From the IMG/VR virus record IMGVR_UViG_3300028557_000047, positions 1-55,019 of that record: a DNA stretch of 55,019 nucleotides; one strand, 5' to 3'. Of the stretch, positions 47,710 to 55,019 are shown piece by piece. Every line of letters starts with the position of its first letter. The first letter of the stretch is position 1. Source of the DNA: a virus. Taxonomy: Duplodnaviria > Caudoviricetes. Below the pieces are notes generated by a model, which was not told the origin of the DNA, made no database searches, and saw nothing but the letters and a program-made list of their open reading frames with translations. A program made the translations under genes and the position numbers.

Positions 47710-47889
47710 ATGAGTGAACTGTTACTTGGAGCCGCCATCGTTCTCTCTTGTTTACTTAACCTGCTGATAGGTTTTATCATCGGAGAGAAATATGGTGTTA
47801 AGTCTGGGTCCATCTTTACGGTGGAGCTATTCAAAAAACATGGGTTCCTGAAAGTAGATGAAAACGGGAACATCGAAAAAATCGTTTGA
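47710..47889 (+). CDS. 59-aa membrane protein (not in ORF track)
   Basis: MSELLLGAAIVLSCLLNLLIGFIIGEKYG...; GAAAGG RBS; stop inside the next -35 box. Confidence 0.6.
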   Translation: MSELLLGAAIVLSCLLNLLIGFIIGEKYGVKSGSIFTVELFKKHGFLKVDENGNIEKIV

Positions 47890-47927
47890 CTTTAATTAGG
47901 GTCCTGATAGTATCATACTATGATAAT
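47886..47927 (+). promoter_or_regulatory. Promoter cassette copy 6 (short variant without RBS)
   Basis: ttgactttaattagggtcctgatagtatcatactATGataat. Confidence 0.75.
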
Positions 47928-48426
47928 CAATGTGACTGGCGGAAACGCGAAAGAACGACTTGCTGTGAACGCGGCGGCTGCATTTTATGCCGACCTCCTT
48001 CTTCATCCTGCTACCAACCGAAAGGTTGTAGTGGATATTGAAATCAGTTCCACTGGCAAGTTTATGGGGCTTTGTGTCAACGAAGATGCAAAGCGGAATC
48101 CCAGAGAGTTTACCATCCATCTTCGTAAAAAGAAGGGTGACGACTGTATGCTCAAGACTCTGGCTCACGAAATGGTCCATCTAAAGCAGTTTGCAAAGAA
48201 TGAGTTGACCGACGTGGGTGGCAATAAGTCAACCGTCTATCGTGGCGGGCAAAGCTACTCCACTAAGTGGATGGGCAAAGTCTGGGCGCCGAAAGGCAAA
48301 GAACATCCCTACTATGATGCCCCATGGGAAATTGCAGCTTATGGGCAAGAAGTAGGACTATATAAACGACTGGCTGAACGAATTGAGGGCCTAAACAATG
48401 AGGAACAATATGCTAGATCAGAATGA
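47920..48426 (+). CDS. HExxH zincin-like metallopeptidase
   Basis: TLAHEMVHLKQ and PWEIAAY motifs. Confidence 0.75.
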   Translation: MIINVTGGNAKERLAVNAAAAFYADLLLHPATNRKVVVDIEISSTGKFMGLCVNEDAKRNPREFTIHLRKKKGDDCMLKTLAHEMVHLKQFAKNELTDVGGNKSTVYRGGQSYSTKWMGKVWAPKGKEHPYYDAPWEIAAYGQEVGLYKRLAERIEGLNNEEQYARSE

Positions 48427-48613
48427 ACTACTTGACGGCTTTGCGAAGCTGCAAACTCGACTTATGGCCGATATCATGTCTGGCATCGGTGTCACGGCTT
48501 GCGCTGTAGATGACATCGTCGCAGAGACACGAGAACAAAACCGCGACACTTGGACTTCGTATTGTCTGGATATGCAGAGGCTGTTTGCCTCAGCGGCGCT
48601 TAAGGACGACTAA
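48410..48613 (+). CDS. Hypothetical protein
   Basis: GAGGA RBS before MLDQNE; overlaps the upstream stop. Confidence 0.5.
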   Translation: MLDQNELLDGFAKLQTRLMADIMSGIGVTACAVDDIVAETREQNRDTWTSYCLDMQRLFASAALKDD

Positions 48614-49230
48614 GCGGCAGCAAGCCAGCCAAAGTACTGTCTGGTTAGCTTTTCGCGGTGATCAAGTCCGTTAGTGCCGCCGTTTACCTTCTTGGTAACA
48701 GCAAGAATAGCACTGTCGGTTACACCTGCATCACAGGCATCCCAGAGTCCAGCTCTTGTATTAAAGTAATGCAGGGCGGATTCAAACGAGTAGTCAGTAG
48801 CTACTACATCTGGATTGGAAAGAATCTCTGGCTTGTTCAGCGCTTTGCTAAAGAGTTCGTAGTTATCCTGCCCGGTGAGTTGAATAGCACCCCGGCCTCT
48901 AAACTTCCAGCCGTCACCAGACGCCTCAGGTCCATTTCCCATACGGCCGCCATAAACTCTATTGGCAATCATCTCTGGCTTTCTAGCATATGCTTTAGCG
49001 GTCGTAGCATTGAAATACTTACCAAATGTTTTTAGCAGACCTTCGGCGGAGTAGTTTAGGTTTTCGGTGAACACTCGGAACTCTCCGGTCTCATGCGCTA
49101 CCTGCCCAAAGAAATGTGCCGCACGAACATTGGATAGTTTGAAATGCGCCGCGGCGGCTCTAAGGGTTTTGGGGCCAAATGTGCCATCAGCAGTAAGGCC
49201 TAGTTTCTTTTGTAGTGCAATGAGACTCAT
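48610..49230 (-). CDS. Endolysin: peptidoglycan-binding domain + GH19 catalytic domain
   Basis: LQKKLGLTADGTFGPKT; AHFFGQVAHETG, ENLNYS, FRGRGAIQLTG, VNGGTNGL motifs; AGGA RBS before ATG 49230. Confidence 0.9.
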   Translation of the reverse strand: MSLIALQKKLGLTADGTFGPKTLRAAAAHFKLSNVRAAHFFGQVAHETGEFRVFTENLNYSAEGLLKTFGKYFNATTAKAYARKPEMIANRVYGGRMGNGPEASGDGWKFRGRGAIQLTGQDNYELFSKALNKPEILSNPDVVATDYSFESALHYFNTRAGLWDACDAGVTDSAILAVTKKVNGGTNGLDHREKLTRQYFGWLAAA

Positions 49231-49245
49231 TTGTAATCCTTTGGG

Positions 49246-49274
49246 TTGACAGTAAATGGTGGTTGTAGTACTAT
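49246..49274 (+). promoter_or_regulatory. sigma70-type promoter for gp43
   Basis: TTGACA-17 bp-TACTAT. Confidence 0.8.
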
Positions 49275-49299
49275 ATATAATCTCACACAAGGATAGCGC

Positions 49300-51819
49300 A
49301 TGACTAAGTTTTTCACCAACGTGTCGCTCCAAGGCGATAATATCCTTCTCAGAGGCTATGAGGACGGCAATCGAATCTTCACCAAGATTCCATATAAGCC
49401 GTATCTGTTTGTGCCTGCAAAGAATGGTGAGTCCGATTATAAAACCATTGGCGGCACCCCGGTTGGGCGGGTCGACTTTGATAGCATTGGATCGGCAAAG
49501 GACTTTGTAAAGACGTACAAGGACGTTAATGGAATGCCTATCTATGGCATGACCAACTTCCAGTATCCCTTCATCAACGACTACTACCCGGGTGAAATCA
49601 AATACGACCCAGCGCAGGTAGCCGTGGTGGGTATTGACATTGAGGTGGATATCTCGGATGGATATCCAGATGTAGAAAAAGCACAGAACGAAGTTACCGC
49701 CATCACTCTCTCCAGAGATGGTGTCAAAGTAGCACTTGGTTGTCGTGACTATACTCCGCCCGATAAGAGTATCACGTACTACAAGTGTACGAACGAGGAA
49801 CATCTACTACAGTCCTTCCTTGGTTTGTGGCAGGGCCCAACCTACTCACCTGATATCGTGACCGGATGGAACGTGGAGTACTTTGACATTCCATATCTGG
49901 TCAACCGTATCGGTGTCGTCCTAGGCGAGGAAGCTATCAAACGAATGTCGCCTTGGTATCGAGTGACCGAGCACCTTGTTACTGTAATGAATAGGACCCA
50001 GCAGTCGTATGACTTGGCTGGCATTTCAGTTCTTGACTACCTTCAACTATACAAGAAGTTTGTTTATGTCAAACACGAGTCCTATACTCTGGACTTCATT
50101 GCCAACTACGAGCTTGGTGAACGAAAGCTTGACTACTCCGAGTTTGACGGGCTGAATGGACTATACCATAACAACTTCCAGAAGTACATGGAGTATAACA
50201 TCCGAGACGTAGAGCTTGTCGATCGGTTGGATGATAAGCTTAAACTCATTGAACTAGTGATGACGTTTGCCTACGATGCCAAGGTCAACTACAACGACAC
50301 GTTTGCTACGGTGCGGCCCTGGGATGTTATTATCCACAACCATCTACTTGATCAGAACATTGTCATCCCACAGAACCAAAACAATGGAAACCCAGACGAC
50401 TTTATGGGCGGGTACGTCAAGGAACCGATGGTGGGTATGCACAAGTGGGTGGTGTCGCTCGACCTAAACAGCCTTTATCCTCACCTGATCATGCAGTATA
50501 ATATCTCGCCTGAGATGCACAGAGGCACTCTTGGCGTCACGATGACAGTTGACGATATCCTGGCTGGGGGACTGACTGAACATCACAAGACTCTGGTTGA
50601 CAACGACCTTACCGTTGCCGCAAACATGAATGTGTTCTATCGGGCAAAGCAGGGCTTCTTGCCCAAACTCATGCAGAAAATGTATGACGACCGCGTGGTC
50701 TACAAACAAAAGATGCTTGAGGCCAAGAAGGAACTCAACGACCTGAAGCCTGGGCAGGGCGGGACTCAACTGGTAAAGGATATTGCCCGATACCACAATC
50801 TTCAAATGTACAAAAAGATTGCCCTGAACTCCGCATATGGCGCTCTGGCAAATCAGCACTTCCGTTGGTTCCAGCTAGAGTTTGCTGAAGCCATTACATC
50901 CTCTGGGCAACTATCAATCCGATGGATCGAAATCAAGCTCAACGAATACCTCAACAAGTTGCTCAAGACCCAAGGCATTGACTACGTGGTTGCCATGGAC
51001 ACAGACAGTTGCTACATAAAACTAGATACGCTGGTTGAAAAGTACTTCCCTGGTGAAACCGACTCTCCCAAGATTGCAAAAATGCTTGATCGGTTTATCA
51101 CCGACAAACTAGAGCCCTACATCGACGAATCGTACCAGTTGCTTGCGGATTATACAAACAGCCGCGAACAAAAGATGAAGATGAAACGAGAGTGCGTGGC
51201 TGACCTTGCTATCTGGACGGCCGCCAAGCGCTACATCCTTAATGTCTATAACGAGGAAGGTGTTATCTACGACACGCCGAAACTAAAGATGACGGGCATC
51301 GAAGCCATCAGAACCTCGACTCCGATGGCTTGCCGTGATGCTATTAAGGAAGCCATGAAGATTACTATGCGTGGTGACGAAGCCGCACTGCAGGTGTTCA
51401 TTGAGGACTTCAGAAGCAAGTTTATGGCTCTGACTCCGGAGGAAATCTCATTCCCGCGTGGCATGCATGAAATGGGCAAGTGGCAGGATGCAAAAACCAT
51501 CTACAAGAAGGGCACTCCAATCCACGTGAAGGGCTCGCTTCTCTACAATGCCACCATCAAAAAGCTAGGGCTATCATCCAAGCTACAGGATATCACCTCA
51601 GGTGAAAAGATTAAGTTCGTGTATCTGGTAGAGCCAAACCCACTGCGGGCGCCGGTGATATCCTTTCCGCAGCGGCTACCCACCGAACTAGGGCTGGATA
51701 AGTATATCGACCGGGACCTAATGTTTACAAAGACGTTCCTTGACCCGCTTCAAGGTATCCTGAAGGTGATCGGATGGAGTTCGACTAAAGTTTCTACCCT
51801 GGAGGACTTTTTTTCGTAG
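49300..51819 (+). CDS. gp43: Family B DNA polymerase gp43
   Basis: DIEV, DLNSLYPH, KIALNSAYG, DTDS motifs; C-terminal clamp-binding TLEDFF. Confidence 0.97.
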   Translation: MTKFFTNVSLQGDNILLRGYEDGNRIFTKIPYKPYLFVPAKNGESDYKTIGGTPVGRVDFDSIGSAKDFVKTYKDVNGMPIYGMTNFQYPFINDYYPGEIKYDPAQVAVVGIDIEVDISDGYPDVEKAQNEVTAITLSRDGVKVALGCRDYTPPDKSITYYKCTNEEHLLQSFLGLWQGPTYSPDIVTGWNVEYFDIPYLVNRIGVVLGEEAIKRMSPWYRVTEHLVTVMNRTQQSYDLAGISVLDYLQLYKKFVYVKHESYTLDFIANYELGERKLDYSEFDGLNGLYHNNFQKYMEYNIRDVELVDRLDDKLKLIELVMTFAYDAKVNYNDTFATVRPWDVIIHNHLLDQNIVIPQNQNNGNPDDFMGGYVKEPMVGMHKWVVSLDLNSLYPHLIMQYNISPEMHRGTLGVTMTVDDILAGGLTEHHKTLVDNDLTVAANMNVFYRAKQGFLPKLMQKMYDDRVVYKQKMLEAKKELNDLKPGQGGTQLVKDIARYHNLQMYKKIALNSAYGALANQHFRWFQLEFAEAITSSGQLSIRWIEIKLNEYLNKLLKTQGIDYVVAMDTDSCYIKLDTLVEKYFPGETDSPKIAKMLDRFITDKLEPYIDESYQLLADYTNSREQKMKMKRECVADLAIWTAAKRYILNVYNEEGVIYDTPKLKMTGIEAIRTSTPMACRDAIKEAMKITMRGDEAALQVFIEDFRSKFMALTPEEISFPRGMHEMGKWQDAKTIYKKGTPIHVKGSLLYNATIKKLGLSSKLQDITSGEKIKFVYLVEPNPLRAPVISFPQRLPTELGLDKYIDRDLMFTKTFLDPLQGILKVIGWSSTKVSTLEDFFS

Positions 51820-51824
51820 GGGGG

Positions 51825-51876
51825 TTGACATAATACCTAGTCCTGTTACTATGATAATAGGAAGTGAAATGGATAT
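51825..51876 (+). promoter_or_regulatory. Promoter cassette copy 7
   Basis: ttgacataatacctagtcctgttactatgataataggaagtgaaatggata. Confidence 0.85.
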
Positions 51877-51880
51877 AAGC

Positions 51881-52180
51881 ATGAACCGAGACATTCTACA
51901 GAAACAACTATCAGAAAAGATCGTAGCTCAGCGGATTGCTAAAGCTCGAGCCTGCGGAAAGTCGGAGGCCGTGCATGGGTCTACCACTTACTGGGGTCGA
52001 GTGTATGCAGACGAAGCCCGACAATGGGAAGCTGCAGCAGAACGAGCAAAGGCAGGCGACCTGACACCATTTACGCTGAAACCAGTAACTCCTTCAGCTG
52101 TGGTTTTCAATGGCGTCAGCTATGAAGCAAAACAACAAATCAATGTGGCAATCCAGGCTTATGGAGTAATCAATGCTTGA
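51881..52180 (+). CDS. Early hypothetical protein
   Basis: ATG after the cassette. Confidence 0.6.
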   Translation: MNRDILQKQLSEKIVAQRIAKARACGKSEAVHGSTTYWGRVYADEARQWEAAAERAKAGDLTPFTLKPVTPSAVVFNGVSYEAKQQINVAIQAYGVINA

Positions 52181-52517
52181 TCAAACTATCGAAGACGTAA
52201 AGAAAGCTCTAGCTGCTATCGCGGACGGTGCTTCGTATAGCACCTCCGACATATATGCAGGAAGCCTACTAGTTCTAGTAGAGAATGCCGAGTATACGCC
52301 AGATAATGGGCAGGACCCACACTTGGGCTTTGAAACTCCTGTTCGTTCGGCGAAGGTTGGTGCTGGTCTGGAGCAAATGTCTCTTGACAAGTTTTTTGCG
52401 GATTATCTCATTCCACATGCAACACAAGCAGAATACGAAGGCGATTACGTAAAGGCGCTTGTTCTTCGAGAAGCAATTCGTCGCCTTGAACAAAATAATA
52501 CATATGTCGTGGAATAA
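52173..52517 (+). CDS. Hypothetical protein
   Basis: GGAG RBS; overlaps the upstream gene. Confidence 0.6.
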   Translation: MLDQTIEDVKKALAAIADGASYSTSDIYAGSLLVLVENAEYTPDNGQDPHLGFETPVRSAKVGAGLEQMSLDKFFADYLIPHATQAEYEGDYVKALVLREAIRRLEQNNTYVVE

Positions 52518-52566
52518 TATAATCCCTGGGTCTATTGCCCATATATGAGCGCACTGGAAAACCAGC

Positions 52567-52665
52567 ATGACTACAGGAAAATTCTATGCAGGTATAGGAA
52601 GTCGAGATACACCTCCTGATATCCTAGAGCAAATGGCAGAAATTGCTAGCATCTTCTTGATCTGA
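52567..52665 (+). pseudogene. Truncated SLOG/DprA-like gene fragment (32 aa)
   Basis: MTTGKFYAGIGSRDTPPDILEQM...*; YAGIGSRxTP is the N-terminal motif of longer phage SLOG-fold proteins. Confidence 0.6.
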
Positions 52666-52698
52666 TGTATTTAATACACTTTCTTTAAAGGACTATAA

Positions 52699-52941
52699 AT
52701 GAAACCTTCAATCGATATGGATAACTTTGACTTCGGCTTTACCGCGGTAGGTGAGGCTGATATCTTAGCGCCAGCGGTAGAGCAAGAAAATAGCAAGGTC
52801 GAGACCATGTATAAACTCATTATGCCTCTCCTGAATAATCTGATTAAAGATTCAGAGACCAAGGAGTATATCCACTGGCCTAATCGTAAAGCAAAGCTCG
52901 AGGAATTTGTAGCCAAACTAAATGCACTAAGATCATCTTAA
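52699..52941 (+). CDS. Conserved T4-like hypothetical protein
   Basis: FDFGFT and IMPLLNNL...KEYIHWPNR motifs. Confidence 0.7.
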   Translation: MKPSIDMDNFDFGFTAVGEADILAPAVEQENSKVETMYKLIMPLLNNLIKDSETKEYIHWPNRKAKLEEFVAKLNALRSS

Positions 52942-52944
52942 TGA

Positions 52945-52973
52945 TTGACATAATTGTCCTCTTATAGTACTAT
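52945..52973 (+). promoter_or_regulatory. sigma70-type promoter for uvsX
   Basis: TTGACA-17 bp-TACTAT. Confidence 0.8.
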
Positions 52974-53000
52974 CAATAATCGCCGAACACAGGAGGACAA

Positions 53001-54074
53001 ATGTCCGATCTACTAAATAAGCTGCGCAAGAACTCAACTATCAAGGAAACAGATATCCTTGTTGACTCAAAGTTTTTCAACAAAAAAGATATGGTCCAAA
53101 CACCAGTGCCTGCGATTAACGTGGCACTATCTGGCTCACTAACTGGTGGCCTGACCCCAGGTCTTACTACTCTGGCTGGTCCGTCTCGACACTTCAAGAC
53201 CGGCTTTGGGCTACTGATGGCTAAAGCCTACATGGACAAGTATCCAGATGCCGTGCTAATGTTCTATGACTCGGAGTTTGGTACTCCAAAGTCATACTTC
53301 GAGGCGTTTGACATTGACGCTTCTCGAGTGCTGCATACTCCGCTCACCGACATCGAACAGCTCAAGTTTGATGTGATGACTCAGCTCGATGTTATTACTC
53401 GAGGTGAGCGTGTCATCTTTCTAATTGACTCGGTGGGCAACCTGGCCTCAAAGAAGGAAGTAGATGATGCAATCAAGCAGAACTCTGCCGCTGATATGAC
53501 CAGGGCAAAGCAACTCAAGTCTCTGTTCCGTATGATCACCCCACACCTGAACATTAAAGATATTCCTATGCTGGTGGTGAACCACGTGTATATGACTCAA
53601 GAGATGTTCTCCAAGCCAGTGGTCAGTGGTGGTACCGGTGTCATGTACTCCAGCGATACTGTGTTCATCATCGGCCGCCAACAGGAAAAAGATGGCAAGG
53701 AACTCATGGGCTACAACTTTATCATCAATGTCGAGAAGTCTCGGTACGTGAAAGAAAAGTCTAAGATTCCAGTCGAAGTCACCTTTGAAGGTGGTATCTC
53801 TCGGTGGGGTGGGCTGCTTGAAATGGCTCAGGAATCCGGGCACGTGATCAAGCCAAAGAACGGTTGGTACCAGCGAGTTGATATGGCCACAGGTGAAGTT
53901 GCGGATAAGAGCTATCGTGAAAAAGATACCTATAAGGCAGAGTTCTGGAACCCAGTGCTAAGTTGCCCTGTGTTTGGCGAGTACATCGAGAAAAAGTACC
54001 AAGTATCACACGGTGCTATTATGAAGAGCGAAGACACGGTTGATGAAGTATACAGTAACATTACGGAGGACTAA
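53001..54074 (+). CDS. uvsX: RecA-like recombinase UvsX
   Basis: AGPSRHFKT, FYDSEFG, IDSVGNLASKKE, DMTRAK motifs. Confidence 0.95.
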   Translation: MSDLLNKLRKNSTIKETDILVDSKFFNKKDMVQTPVPAINVALSGSLTGGLTPGLTTLAGPSRHFKTGFGLLMAKAYMDKYPDAVLMFYDSEFGTPKSYFEAFDIDASRVLHTPLTDIEQLKFDVMTQLDVITRGERVIFLIDSVGNLASKKEVDDAIKQNSAADMTRAKQLKSLFRMITPHLNIKDIPMLVVNHVYMTQEMFSKPVVSGGTGVMYSSDTVFIIGRQQEKDGKELMGYNFIINVEKSRYVKEKSKIPVEVTFEGGISRWGGLLEMAQESGHVIKPKNGWYQRVDMATGEVADKSYREKDTYKAEFWNPVLSCPVFGEYIEKKYQVSHGAIMKSEDTVDEVYSNITED

Positions 54075-55019
54075 TGCAAGTAGAGCATCTTATTCTAAAG
54101 AACCTGCTTGCGAATGAGGAATATACTAGACGCGTATTACCATACGTCAAGCCGGAATACTTCCATAATCGTGTGGATAAAATTGTACTAGAACTAATCT
54201 CTGACTACACCAACAAGTACAACAAAGTCCCTACCAAGGATGCTTTGCTAGTTGATATCGGGGCTCTTTCTGGGCTTCATGCCGAAGAATATACTTCCGG
54301 TGTAGCTCTAATCAATGAAATGTCTGCCAGAGGAGATGATCTTCCCGCCGATATCGAATGGGTTCTGACTACTACAGAGAAGTTCTGTCAGGACAAGGCC
54401 ATCTATAATGGTATTATGGATGCTATCAAAATCCTAGACGATAAAGATAGCAGTATCTCTAAGGGCGGCATTCCAAAGATACTATCCGATGCCCTTGGAG
54501 TTAACTTTGATGCCCATATCGGGCACGATTTTATTGAGGACAGTAATGCTCGATTTGAGTTTTACAATCGAGTTGTGAGTAAAATCCCCTTCGACCTAGA
54601 GTACTTTAATAAAATCACCGGCGGTGGGCTGCCTAGTAAAACACTCAGTGTCTGCTTGGCGGGCACCGGGGCTGGCAAGAGTCTTTTCATGTGTCACTGT
54701 GCGGCTGCAAACCTCATGGACCACAGGAATGTTCTCTATATCACATTGGAACTAGCAGAAGAACGGGTAGCAGAACGAATTGATGCTAACCTGCTCGACA
54801 TTCCAATCTCTGAACTTGCCACGATTGACAAGGCTCGATATGACTCAAAGATGACTCGGGTCAAGTCTAAGTCTAAGGGCAAACTTGTGGTGAAAGAATA
54901 CCCAACGGCATCTGCTGGCGCCGGGCACTTCCGTCACCTACTGAACGAACTGAAGCTTAAAAAGAACTTCAAGCCTGACATTATCTACATTGACTATATG
55001 AACATCTGTACTTCCAGCA
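54074..55019 (+). CDS. gp41: Replicative helicase gp41, 3'-truncated by the window
   Basis: MQVEHLILKNL..., EKFCQDKA, LAGTGAGKSLFMCH, KEYPTASA, YIDYMNIC; runs off the end. Confidence 0.93.
   Translation, partial: MQVEHLILKNLLANEEYTRRVLPYVKPEYFHNRVDKIVLELISDYTNKYNKVPTKDALLVDIGALSGLHAEEYTSGVALINEMSARGDDLPADIEWVLTTTEKFCQDKAIYNGIMDAIKILDDKDSSISKGGIPKILSDALGVNFDAHIGHDFIEDSNARFEFYNRVVSKIPFDLEYFNKITGGGLPSKTLSVCLAGTGAGKSLFMCHCAAANLMDHRNVLYITLELAEERVAERIDANLLDIPISELATIDKARYDSKMTRVKSKSKGKLVVKEYPTASAGAGHFRHLLNELKLKKNFKPDIIYIDYMNICTSS

Noticed and set aside
49231-49803. N-terminal 190 aa of the 397-aa minus-strand ORF
   Set aside because: Antisense shadow of gp43; the lysin has its own RBS and ATG at 49230.
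41749-51876. Dispersed cassette repeats as CRISPR or attC sites; 'MIIGSE' N-termini of ORFs 43980 and 51851
   Set aside because: Spacing is gene-sized, the repeats are not palindromic and no integrase is present. The cassette ATG is out of frame with the downstream gene in other copies, so MIIGSE starts are artefacts.
42619-54074. Group I introns or further inteins in thyX, gp43 or uvsX
   Set aside because: These ORFs are continuous, of ordinary length, and show no C...HN intein ends.

Overview
This window is 55 kb of a T4-like myovirus genome. Gene content (ThyX, peptide deformylase, GH19 lysin, sigma70-type early promoters) resembles the non-enteric T4-superfamily phages; an alphaproteobacterial host is only a weak inference from the tRNA-Ile2 sequence. 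From left to right: Asn/Thr-rich and collagen-like tail fibre genes; two minus-strand, late-promoter-driven glycosyltransferase genes; the neck/terminase/tail/head module (gp13-gp23, gp3) with an intein in the large terminase; uvsY-uvsW-gp55-gp47-gp46; def; a putative DNA-glycosylation cluster (TAGT-like glycosyltransferase, uronate epimerase, UDP-glucose dehydrogenase); gp45-gp44-gp62-regA; a ~7.5 kb variable region built on a repeated ~50-bp promoter+RBS cassette (thyX, two tRNAs, DenV-like glycosylase, HNH, endolysin); then gp43, uvsX and the start of gp41. The most unusual observations are: (1) a degenerate HNH gene with its own RBS overprinted in the +1 frame inside the terminase intein; (2) a candidate uronic-acid DNA hypermodification pathway; (3) a candidate late virion-glycosylation system; (4) seven copies of a promoter cassette; (5) a silent alternative C-terminus after the stop of a fibre-like gene. 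All calls come from motif recognition and synteny by eye; no database searches were run.
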